Part shown: positions 29,046 to 36,876 of the stretch, piece by piece | Numbering within the stretch: the stretch's first letter is position 1 | Layout of the letters: each line of letters opens with the position of its first letter | Assembly: GCA_035548175.1 (NCBI GenBank) | Contig: DASZTO010000053.1 | Coordinates: 8,472 to 72,471 of the forward strand | Reading direction: 5' to 3' | Origin: Phycisphaerae bacterium | Lineage (GTDB): Bacteria > Planctomycetota > Phycisphaerae > WQYP01 | DNA length: 64,000 nt | The notes under the pieces: generated by a model | Told to the model about the DNA's origin: nothing | What the model saw: the letters and a program-made list of their open reading frames with translations, nothing else | Databases searched by the model: none | Program-made: the position numbers and the translations under genes

Positions 29046-29072
29046 GCCCGCATCCTCCCCCTCATCTTGCCG

Positions 29073-30434
29073 TCACGATCCGCCCAGCCGCGTGACCACG
29101 TAATCCGCCGTGCCCGCCGGCGCGCTGCCGGAGGTGATGTTGTCGATGCGCACGTCCTTCATCGCTTCGTCGTAATGGATCGCGGACGTTTTATCCGCCG
29201 TGATGTCATGGGCGATCGCCGATCCGAAGAGCTTGGCCGAATCGGTGAGATAGAGCGACGCCTGCGGCGCGAAGATGACCCCGGTGACCGACGTGCCAGT
29301 GCCCTTGAGGGTGATGTTGGTCGCCGTGTTCATGCCGAAGATGCGGAAGTTGGCCGCCCCGCCCGCCACGTTCACGCTGGCCGCCAACGTGCTGGTGCCG
29401 CTGACGTAGAGCGTGAGCGTGCCGGCGCCGCTGACGTTGATGGCCCCCAGCGAGGTGTTCCCATCCACTTCCACCACCGCGTTGACGCCGTCGGGCACGG
29501 AAATGCTTCCGGCGCTGCTCACCAGGTTGCCCGTGATGTGGTACGTGCCGCTGGTATTGAGCATCATCACCTTCGTGTTGCTCACGCTGGTGTACTCCCC
29601 CGCCGCCAGCGGACCATTCGTCAGCATCGTCTTCGCCCCGTAAGTGGTCAGGCCCGTGGTGTTGGGAGGCACGATGCGGCCGGGGATGTACAGTTGGCTC
29701 TCCGTCGAAACCGATGTCGGGATCAGCAGGCCCAGAATGCTCTGCACGATCGACCCCAACAGCGATGTAGGCCCGCCGATGAACGATCCGCGGAACAGCG
29801 AGAGTCCGTCCATCGTCAGTGCGCCGGAGCCCGAATAGTTCGAGGAAAACAGTGCGTTGGAGCCCGGAAAGAGGATGTTGTAAGGGGCGACCGACGAATT
29901 GAACGAATCGATCGCCGCCGTGTTATGAAGAATCAATTGCCCCAGCGTGAACGAGCCGCCGCGGAACACGGTGCCGCCGCCCGTGGGCGTCACGCTCGCC
30001 GAGAGCGTAAACGAGCGCCCGTTGCAGGTGCCGGTTGATGTGAGGATCACCGGCTGCGTGGGATCGTCCGCGAAGGTGCCGGTGCCGTCGCCGTCCGCGG
30101 CCGTCACCGAGACCGTTCCCGATCCCACCGGGTAGCCGCTGAGCCACGGGCCCGGCGCCATACCGGTGCGCCAGTCCGACCGGTTGACGATCAGCCAGTA
30201 GCACATGTCGATGCCCGATTGCGCGTAATTGCGCGCCACCTCCGCGTCCCGCTCGTTGTGCGCGATGCCGATCGAGGTGCCCTGCGTGCTCAGGAACCCG
30301 GCCACCAGGATCGAGCAGACCACCAGGCCCACCATCACCAGCAGCATGGCCACCCCGCGCCGCCTGCGCCGCGGCGCGCCCGCGCGGATCGAGGCGCCGG
30401 GAACCTGCCGATCGGATGTCGTCGTGGCGCTCAT
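29073..30434 (-). CDS. Large minor-pseudopilin-like protein (GspK/PilX-like N-terminus), S/T/G-rich beta-repeat body
   Basis: Basic leader RRRRRG followed by the hydrophobic segment VAMLLVMVGLVVCSILVAGFLS typical of non-cleaved minor pseudopilins. The remainder is low-complexity S/T/G repeats. Confidence 0.55.
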   Translation of the reverse strand: MSATTTSDRQVPGASIRAGAPRRRRRGVAMLLVMVGLVVCSILVAGFLSTQGTSIGIAHNERDAEVARNYAQSGIDMCYWLIVNRSDWRTGMAPGPWLSGYPVGSGTVSVTAADGDGTGTFADDPTQPVILTSTGTCNGRSFTLSASVTPTGGGTVFRGGSFTLGQLILHNTAAIDSFNSSVAPYNILFPGSNALFSSNYSGSGALTMDGLSLFRGSFIGGPTSLLGSIVQSILGLLIPTSVSTESQLYIPGRIVPPNTTGLTTYGAKTMLTNGPLAAGEYTSVSNTKVMMLNTSGTYHITGNLVSSAGSISVPDGVNAVVEVDGNTSLGAINVSGAGTLTLYVSGTSTLAASVNVAGGAANFRIFGMNTATNITLKGTGTSVTGVIFAPQASLYLTDSAKLFGSAIAHDITADKTSAIHYDEAMKDVRIDNITSGSAPAGTADYVVTRLGGS

Positions 30435-30447
30435 GCGGAGCTTCTCC

Positions 30448-31125
30448 TTACAACGGGGCGGCCTGTGATTGCAGGGCGGCGCCGATGATCACGGACCGGG
30501 GAGTGCTGCCGTCGTTGATGTCGATCCGCAGCTGCACCAGGCGCGCCTGCGTCGGCGAAGCGCTGTCGAGGCATGCGGTGATTCCCGTCACGCTGCTGGC
30601 CACCAGCGTGCCGGGAAAATTGCCCGTCAATTTCGCCGCCTGCGCCGCGCTCAGCCAGTCCGAGCCCGCCGCATACGTCTGATCCGCCGCGATGATGCTC
30701 GCCGTCGAATAGCCCGTCGGCCACTGGCAGGCATACAGATTCAAATTGCCCGTCGCCGCATCCAGTTCCAGCATCCGCAGCTCGCTGAAATTCACCGCCC
30801 CGTTCGCCGGCGTCGGCGCTCCCGAAACGTCCCCCTCCCAGTACACCACGTGCGTCGAATCCACCGCCAGGATGCACCGCGCGTTGGCGAACGCATCCCC
30901 GAGCTGCGCTTTGATCGCCTGCATGCGCGTCAGGCCGCGCCGCCCGTCCTGGTTGGCGTTGGTCCCCACCGCCGTCGCATTGATCAGGATCGCCAGCACC
31001 GCCGCCACGATCGCCGTGATCGCCAGCGCGATCACCAGTTCCACCAGCGTCATCGCGCGCCCGCACCGCCCCCGCGCGCCACGCCCGACGCCCAATAACC
31101 CGCTGTCACCATTCAACAGTCGCAT
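30448..31125 (-). CDS. Prepilin-type N-terminal cleavage/methylation-domain protein (type IV pilin-like / pseudopilin)
   Basis: Class III signal: basic leader then MTLVELVIALAITAIVAAVLAIL (the xTLxEL(V/I) methylation motif with a conserved Glu). Confidence 0.6.
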   Translation of the reverse strand: MRLLNGDSGLLGVGRGARGRCGRAMTLVELVIALAITAIVAAVLAILINATAVGTNANQDGRRGLTRMQAIKAQLGDAFANARCILAVDSTHVVYWEGDVSGAPTPANGAVNFSELRMLELDAATGNLNLYACQWPTGYSTASIIAADQTYAAGSDWLSAAQAAKLTGNFPGTLVASSVTGITACLDSASPTQARLVQLRIDINDGSTPRSVIIGAALQSQAAPL

Positions 31126-31289
31126 GCATGGAATATCGAATCACACGACCGGAGCCTTAACCCCGACCCCCAATCCTCCCCAGTCCTATTCCCCCTCCGC
31201 CCGATAAAATCCCCAGGCGCACCTCACCCCCGCGAGCCCGCCCCCGCATTGCCCCCCGCACCCGCCGCCCCATGATAAAACAGGAAAAA

Positions 31290-31371
31290 TGCCCGGGACA
31301 GGACTCGAACCTGCAAGCCTTGCGGCACTAGCACCTCAAGCTAGCGCGTCTGCCAATTTCGCCACCCGGGC
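31290..31371 (-). tRNA. tRNA-Leu (anticodon GAG), type II with long variable arm
   Basis: Reverse complement reads GCCCGGGTGGCGAAATTGGCAGACGCGCTAGCTTGAGGTGCTAGTGCCGCAAGGCTTGCAGGTTCGAGTCCTGTCCCGGGC. 7-bp acceptor stem GCCCGGG/CCCGGGC. Anticodon loop cTTGAGGt. T-loop GGTTCGAGTCC. CCA is not encoded. Confidence 0.75.
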
Positions 31372-31427
31372 GCTTGGGGATCAGAGCAGGTATTCTATCG
31401 GCACCCGGCTGCCGTCTCAAGCACGCC

Positions 31428-31440
31428 CGATGCTATAATG
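31428..31440 (+). promoter_or_regulatory. Candidate -10 (TATAAT) promoter element for rnpB
   Basis: gatgctataatgccc ends 7 nt before the predicted rnpB 5' end (P1 stem). Confidence 0.4.
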
Positions 31441-31445
31441 CCCAC

Positions 31446-31890
31446 GGATGGATCAGGCGATCGCTGGGCCGCAAGGCCGAGAGGAAAGTCCGAACACCAC
31501 AGGGTACGGTGGTGGCTAACAGCCACCCGTCCGGTCCTCCGGGACAGGGCGCGGGACAGTGCCACAGAGAACGAACCGCCGATGGCCTTCGCAAGAGGGA
31601 TCAGGCAAGGGTGAAAAGGTGCGGTAAGAGCGCACCGCGGCGATGGCGACATCGCCGGCATGGAAAACCCCACCGGGTGCAAGACCAAATAGGGAGCCCA
31701 CGGCGCGACCCGCGCCCTCCGCCGCCTCGCGCGGCGGAACATCGCCGGCCAGTACGAAGCCCCTCGCGGGGTCAGGAACACCGGCGTGCGAGGCTCCGGG
31801 TAGGTTGCTCGAGGGCGCCCGCAAGGACGCTCCTAGATAAATGATCGCCGCCCCACCCGGGGAACAGAATTCGGCTTACCGATCCACCCA
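31446..31890 (+). ncRNA. rnpB: RNase P RNA, bacterial type A
   Basis: Universal motifs GAGGAAAGTCCG(A/G)AC...ACAGGGTA, AGGGTGAAAAGGTGCGGTAAGAGCGCACC, and the 3' ACAGAATTCGGCTTACCGATCC. P1 pairing of ggatc (31450) with gatcc (31881). Length ~445 nt. Confidence 0.8.
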
Positions 31891-31894
31891 CACG

Positions 31895-31941
31895 CAGGCC
31901 TCCGCGTGGTATCAACACGCGCGGAGGCCTGCTCCTTTTTT
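31895..31941 (+). terminator. Rho-independent terminator after rnpB
   Basis: 12-bp GC stem caggcctccgcg / cgcggaggcctg with an 11-nt loop, followed by ctccTTTTTTg. Confidence 0.7.
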
Positions 31942-32005
31942 GCCGCCCACGCGCCCGCTGCTCCCCCATCCCAATTTCACCAGTTGAACCCGCCCCCCAA
32001 TTTTT

Positions 32006-32824
32006 CTAATGAATGTCGCCCATGTGAATATCCACCTCCTCCCGCCGCTGGATCTTGTCGATCTGCCCGTCGCGAATCCAGATGATCCGGTCCGACACAT
32101 CCAGCATCTTGAAATCGTGCGTCGCCGAAATCACCGTCACCCCACGCTCGCGGTTCATCTCGCGCAGCAGCCCGATGATCGCCTTGCCGGTGTTCAAATC
32201 CAGGTTTCCCGTCGGCTCATCCGCCAGAATGATCGCCGGATCGTTCGCAAACGCACGCGCAATCGCCACCCGTTGCTGCTGCCCGCCGGAAAGCTGCGAG
32301 GGCCGATTGAACAGCCGATGCCCCAATTCCACGCGCCGCAAGATCCCCGCCGCCTTCTCCTGCGACGCCGCCGTCGACATGCCCGCGAAAATCATCGGCA
32401 GCGCCACGTTCTCCAGTGCCGTCATCACCGGTATCAAATTGAATGTCTGAAAAATGTACCCGATCTTTCGGCAGCGCAGCCATGCCAGTTCCAGCGCATC
32501 GAGCTGCGCCACATCCACCTCATCGATGAACACCTTCCCCGACGTCGGCTTGTCCAACCCCCCGATCGCATTGAACAACGTCGACTTGCCCGACCCCGAC
32601 GGCCCCATGATCGAAATGTACTCCCCCTTGTAAATCGTCAGATTCACCCCCTTGAGGACCCGCAGCGTCTCGCCCCCCCCCCCCCCGCCATTTCCATTTC
32701 CCGATCCGCCACCCCCGCCGCCGCCCACCTTGTACTCCTTCACGACATCGATCGTGCGCACGATTTCCTCGCGCGCCGCGATGGAGCGCACCGGGGGCAC
32801 CCCGGCCGAGGATTCCGATTCCAT
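32006..32824 (-). CDS. ABC transporter ATP-binding protein (LolD/FtsE/MacB-type), no cognate permease nearby; contains a poly-Gly insertion
   Basis: Walker A GPSGSGKST. Q-loop. Signature LSGGQQQRVAIARA. Walker B ILADEPT. H-loop ATHD. An unusual 20-aa insert GGGGGGGSGNGNGGGGGG lies between the first beta-strands. Confidence 0.85.
   Translation of the reverse strand: MESESSAGVPPVRSIAAREEIVRTIDVVKEYKVGGGGGGGSGNGNGGGGGGETLRVLKGVNLTIYKGEYISIMGPSGSGKSTLFNAIGGLDKPTSGKVFIDEVDVAQLDALELAWLRCRKIGYIFQTFNLIPVMTALENVALPMIFAGMSTAASQEKAAGILRRVELGHRLFNRPSQLSGGQQQRVAIARAFANDPAIILADEPTGNLDLNTGKAIIGLLREMNRERGVTVISATHDFKMLDVSDRIIWIRDGQIDKIQRREEVDIHMGDIH
32683..32696. repeat. Homopolymeric tract C14 (G14 on the coding strand) inside the ABC ATPase gene
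   Basis: cgcccccccccccccgcca read directly. It encodes part of the poly-Gly insert. Confidence 0.8.
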
Positions 32825-32912
32825 TGCACTCACCGGCTTGCTCCCGAGAGTCGCGGCACGAGCGAATTGTAGCCACCGATCGCTCCCGCACCACGCCCGC
32901 GCACGCCGCCGG

Positions 32913-33911
32913 CTACTCCTCCTCGCGCAGCCCCACATACGACGGGAACCGCGGCACGCCGCCGTCCGACAATTCCTGATAGCGGAACCGCACCGTGGCG
33001 CCGATCGCCGGCGGCGTCTCGCGCTCCTTGTCCGAAAACCCCGTGCCGATCGAAAACTCCACCCCGCCGGCCATCCGCACCACCAGCGCCCCCAGCCGCC
33101 CCTTATGCCGGCCGGTCCCCGCCTGATGGGCCATCACCTCCGCCTCATCATCAAGGAACGACTTCACCTTCAGCAGCGTCGACGACCGCCCCGCCACGTA
33201 CTTCGATCCCGGCTCGCGCAACATCATCCCCTCTCCGCCCAACGCCTCCACGCGCTGCAACTCCTCGCGCACGTGCCCGGCATCCCGCGCACGCTCATGC
33301 GCATGAACGGCCAGGAATTCGCCCGTCACGCCTTGGAGCGCCTCCATCCGCGCCTCGAACGTTCCCCCATGGCCGGGCATGTCGAACACCAGAAACTTGA
33401 CCGCCCGCCACAGCTCCGACTTGTCCTGCCGGCGCACGATCGCGACTGTTTTCTGAAAGCTCTTGCGCGCCAGGAACAACTCGCCATCCAGCGCGTGGCC
33501 CGGCAAGCCGGCCACGAACCACTCCGGCACGTGAAACTCGTTCCCCAGCCGCGACAACATCCGCTTGCCGTCCCAATACGCCCGCACCCCATCGAGCTTT
33601 TCCGACATCCACCACCCGCTCACATCGCGCATCCCATCCCAAGATTCGGCAAGCAGCACCGGCGCCGCCTCCGCCCCCTTCGCCGACTTCGCACGCGCCG
33701 GCGCCGCCAGCGCCCCGCCCAGCCGCGCCTCCTCCGCCGCATCGCCGCGCAGCTTCCGCAGATGCTTGCACGTCCGCCGCTCAATGCCCACCGACTGGTT
33801 CCGCCAGGCCGGGCAGGAACAGGAATACACGCCGCCCGTGTTCTTCAATGTGTAAGGCTTCGCCCCCGACCCCTGCATGAGGAACACCTCGCCATCCGCC
33901 AAATCCGCCAT
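32913..33911 (-). CDS. ATP-dependent DNA ligase (minimal LigC/LigE-like catalytic core) with N-terminal SWIM-type zinc finger
   Basis: Adenylation motif I with the catalytic Lys: WMSEKLDGVRAYW (KxDG). Motifs III/IV (LDGELFL, EGMMLR) and motif V (LLKVK) are present. N-terminal CxC-x15-CxH (YSCSCPAWRNQSVGIERRTCKHLRKL) = SWIM zinc finger. Confidence 0.75.
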   Translation of the reverse strand: MADLADGEVFLMQGSGAKPYTLKNTGGVYSCSCPAWRNQSVGIERRTCKHLRKLRGDAAEEARLGGALAAPARAKSAKGAEAAPVLLAESWDGMRDVSGWWMSEKLDGVRAYWDGKRMLSRLGNEFHVPEWFVAGLPGHALDGELFLARKSFQKTVAIVRRQDKSELWRAVKFLVFDMPGHGGTFEARMEALQGVTGEFLAVHAHERARDAGHVREELQRVEALGGEGMMLREPGSKYVAGRSSTLLKVKSFLDDEAEVMAHQAGTGRHKGRLGALVVRMAGGVEFSIGTGFSDKERETPPAIGATVRFRYQELSDGGVPRFPSYVGLREEE

Positions 33912-33953
33912 GAGACCTCTCCCGCAAAAAGGCACTGCCCCCCGCCCGCGAAA

Positions 33954-34583
33954 CTATACCACGCCCGATCCGCCGCCACTTCCGTCGCCGCCCCACATCT
34001 GCTCGCGCAACAACATCTCGCGCTGCCGCTTGCTGCAGCTCAGCTTTCCACCCTCCACCGTCGTGCCCTTGCGGATCACCCGGTGGCACGGGATCACCAT
34101 CGCCAGCGGGTTCCGCGTGCACGCCGATCCCACCGCCCGCACCGCCTTGCCCGCTCCCACGCGCGCCGCAATCTCCGAATAGGTCCGTGTTTCGCCCGCG
34201 GGAATCTTGCGCACTTCCTGCCACACCCGGCGCTGAAAGGATGTGCCGCGGATATCCAGCTCCAGCCCCACCTCGCTTTTCTTGCCATCGACCAGCGCCA
34301 TCACCGCCTCGATCTCGCGCCGGATTTCCTGCCGGCCCGTCACCAGCGTCGCCCCCCGAAACCGCCGCTTCAACTCCGCCACCAGCGCCGCTTCCTCCCG
34401 CCCCATCAGCACCGCGACCACGCCCATCTCGCTCACGCCCACCACCAGGCTGCCTAGCCAGCATCGCCCGACCCCATACACGATTTCCTCCCGCCCGCGC
34501 AGCCGCGCCACCCGCCCCTTCCCCCAGACACTCTCCCGCTTATCCTTCTTCACGACAATCGCTCCTGATGGTCTCGCCTGCAT
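33954..34583 (-). CDS. ogt: Methylated-DNA--protein-cysteine methyltransferase (O6-alkylguanine-DNA alkyltransferase)
   Basis: Active-site IPCHRVI. Helix-turn-helix RTYSEIAARVGAGKAVRAVGSACTRNP. An N-terminal Ogt-type domain is present. Confidence 0.8.
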   Translation of the reverse strand: MQARPSGAIVVKKDKRESVWGKGRVARLRGREEIVYGVGRCWLGSLVVGVSEMGVVAVLMGREEAALVAELKRRFRGATLVTGRQEIRREIEAVMALVDGKKSEVGLELDIRGTSFQRRVWQEVRKIPAGETRTYSEIAARVGAGKAVRAVGSACTRNPLAMVIPCHRVIRKGTTVEGGKLSCSKRQREMLLREQMWGGDGSGGGSGVV

Positions 34584-34739
34584 GATTGCACCCGCCTCGC
34601 GCTTTCCATTCTTGCGACGCCTGCCGGATTTGTTAAGGTGATGCACGCGCATGGCCGATAATATAAGCCGTCGCAGTTGCGAGAAACGTCCTTACCGGGG
34701 TCAGGGTACACGCCCTGGCCTTTTTCTTTTGGCCCATCC

Positions 34740-36716
34740 ATGACGGCAGCACGAGACATCGTGTCCCCAGCTCCCGCGCCCACGCCGGCGCCACCCCCGG
34801 CGCCCGCTTCCGCCGCGCGTTCCGCCGCCGCCTCGCCGCCCCCCTCCAACTTCCAGCTCCTCCTCCGCATGCTCCGCTTCATCCGTCCCGTCTGGCACCT
34901 CGCCCTCATCGCCTGCGTCCTCGTCTGCGTCTGGGTCGTCATCGACGTCTCCTACACCCGCCTCACCGGCAACGTCATGACCGCCGTTAAGGCTGCCGTC
35001 GATCAGGGCCTCGTCACCACCCCCGGCGAGTCCTTCGCCCAGGCCCTCCGCCACCCGCCGCTCCGACACATCCTCACCATGGTGGAATTCCTCGGCCTGC
35101 TGGTCTTTCTCGGCGGCGTCATCCGGTTCTTTCGCGAATTCGTCAACACCACCTTCTCGATGGAAATGGTCTTCCACATGCGCTCGGCCGTGTATGACCG
35201 CCTCCAGCGCGTCGGTTTCGCCTTCCATGATGAGCACTCCTCCGGCGCCCTGATCAACCGCGCCCTCTCCGATCTCCAGAACGTCCGCGCGTTCCTCCAG
35301 ATCGGCCTCATCATGTCCTCGGAAATCGTCACCTTCACCCTGGGCTACGAGCTCCTCATCATCACCATCAACAAGTGGGTCGCCCTGGCCGCGTTCATCC
35401 CGATTCCTTTCTGGATCTGGTACATCCTGCGCTTCAGCAAAAAGATTCAGCCGGCGCAGGCCGCCCAGATGAAGGCCGGCGACGATGTCGTCACCGTGTT
35501 CACCGAAAACATCGCCGGCGTGCATGTTGTCAAAGCGTTCGCCACCGAGAAAACCGAAGAGGCCAAGTACAACCGCAGCGCCGATGTTTACTTCGGCAAA
35601 ATCATGGCCTCCGTCCGCCTTTGGCGCAACTTTGTCCCGGTCATCCGCGGCGTCGCCAGCGCCAGCCACCTCGCCCTTTTCGCCATCGGCTCCGTCCTCG
35701 TCGTCGTGAGCAGCGCCTGGCCTGCCGACCGTTACGGCAAGGTCACCGTCGGCGACCTCCTCGTCTTCGGCATGGCCATGGGCGCGATCCTCTCGCGCCT
35801 CCAGCAGATCAACCAGATCTCCGAGCAATACCAGAAGGCCATCGTCTCCGCGCGCCGCTTCTACGAAGTCCTCGACGCCCCCCCCACCGTTCCCGAAGGC
35901 CAAGAGCCCGCAGCCCTGCCCCCCGGCCCCGGCGCGATCGACTTCCACTTCGTCACCTTCGGCTACGATCCCGCCAAGCCCGTCGTCCACGACATCGCCT
36001 TCGACGTTCCCGGCGGCTCCATCGTCGCCCTCGTGGGCCCCACCGGCGCGGGCAAATCCACGCTCATGCAGCTCCTCGCCCGCTTCTACGACCCCCAGGC
36101 CGGCCAGATCTTCATCGACGGCGCCGACATCTCCACCGTCGCCCTCCGCTCCCTCCGCAGCGAGATCGGCTTCGTCTTCCAGGAAACGTTCCTCTTCTCC
36201 GCCACCGTCGCCGACAACATCCGCTACGGAAAGCCCGACGCCACGATCGGCGAAGTCGAAGCCGCCGCCCGCATCGCCCAGGCCCACGAATTCATCGCCG
36301 AACTTCCCCTGGGTTACGACACCCTGCTCGGCGAACGCGGCGCTTCGCTCTCCGGCGGCCAGCGCCAGCGACTCGCCATCGCCCGCGCCATCATCTCCAA
36401 CCCGCGTATCCTCGTGCTCGACGACGCCCTCGCCGCCGTCGATCCCGAGACCGAGCACCTCATCTCCCGCGCCCTCGAGCTGGTGATGGTCGACCGCACC
36501 GTCTTCATCATCGCCCACCGCCTCAGCACCGTGAAAGCCGCCGACCTCGTCATCGTGCTGGAAAACGGCCGCATCACCCAGGCCGGCACGCACAAAGAAT
36601 TGATCCGCGAACCCGGCCACTACCGCCACATCGCCGAGGTGCAGCTCGCCTACCAGGAAAAAGAACTCCTCGCCAAAGCCGAAAAACAGGCGGATATTGC
36701 GGCGCGGAAAGCGTGA
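34740..36716 (+). CDS. ABC exporter, fused permease/ATPase (MsbA/ABCB-like), subunit 1 of a probable heterodimer
   Basis: Six-TM N-terminal domain. Walker A GPTGAGKST. Signature LSGGQRQRLAIARA. Walker B LVLDDALAAVD. Start taken at MTAARD (34740). The ORF-track start at 34677 is also possible. Confidence 0.85.
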   Translation: MTAARDIVSPAPAPTPAPPPAPASAARSAAASPPPSNFQLLLRMLRFIRPVWHLALIACVLVCVWVVIDVSYTRLTGNVMTAVKAAVDQGLVTTPGESFAQALRHPPLRHILTMVEFLGLLVFLGGVIRFFREFVNTTFSMEMVFHMRSAVYDRLQRVGFAFHDEHSSGALINRALSDLQNVRAFLQIGLIMSSEIVTFTLGYELLIITINKWVALAAFIPIPFWIWYILRFSKKIQPAQAAQMKAGDDVVTVFTENIAGVHVVKAFATEKTEEAKYNRSADVYFGKIMASVRLWRNFVPVIRGVASASHLALFAIGSVLVVVSSAWPADRYGKVTVGDLLVFGMAMGAILSRLQQINQISEQYQKAIVSARRFYEVLDAPPTVPEGQEPAALPPGPGAIDFHFVTFGYDPAKPVVHDIAFDVPGGSIVALVGPTGAGKSTLMQLLARFYDPQAGQIFIDGADISTVALRSLRSEIGFVFQETFLFSATVADNIRYGKPDATIGEVEAAARIAQAHEFIAELPLGYDTLLGERGASLSGGQRQRLAIARAIISNPRILVLDDALAAVDPETEHLISRALELVMVDRTVFIIAHRLSTVKAADLVIVLENGRITQAGTHKELIREPGHYRHIAEVQLAYQEKELLAKAEKQADIAARKA

Positions 36717-36736
36717 GACCTTCTTTCAACGAGCGG

Positions 36737-36853
36737 CTTTTGCCACAGAGCCTCAGAGACACAGAGGACATCACCGTGCATCCACACAACATCAGCCGAC
36801 ATCATCAACCCAAGCGTCGTCCTCTGTGCCTCTGTGCCTCTGTGGCAAAAAAA
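36737..36853. repeat. Long imperfect inverted repeat between the two ABC exporter genes
   Basis: Left arm ttttgccacagagcctcagagacacagaggac and right arm gtcctctgtgcctctgtgcctctgtggcaaaaaaa give ~29/32 complementary positions with a ~50-nt loop. The right arm contains (cctctgtg)x3. Confidence 0.6.
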
Positions 36854-36876
36854 TCCTCGCCCGGAGCGGACCCCCG

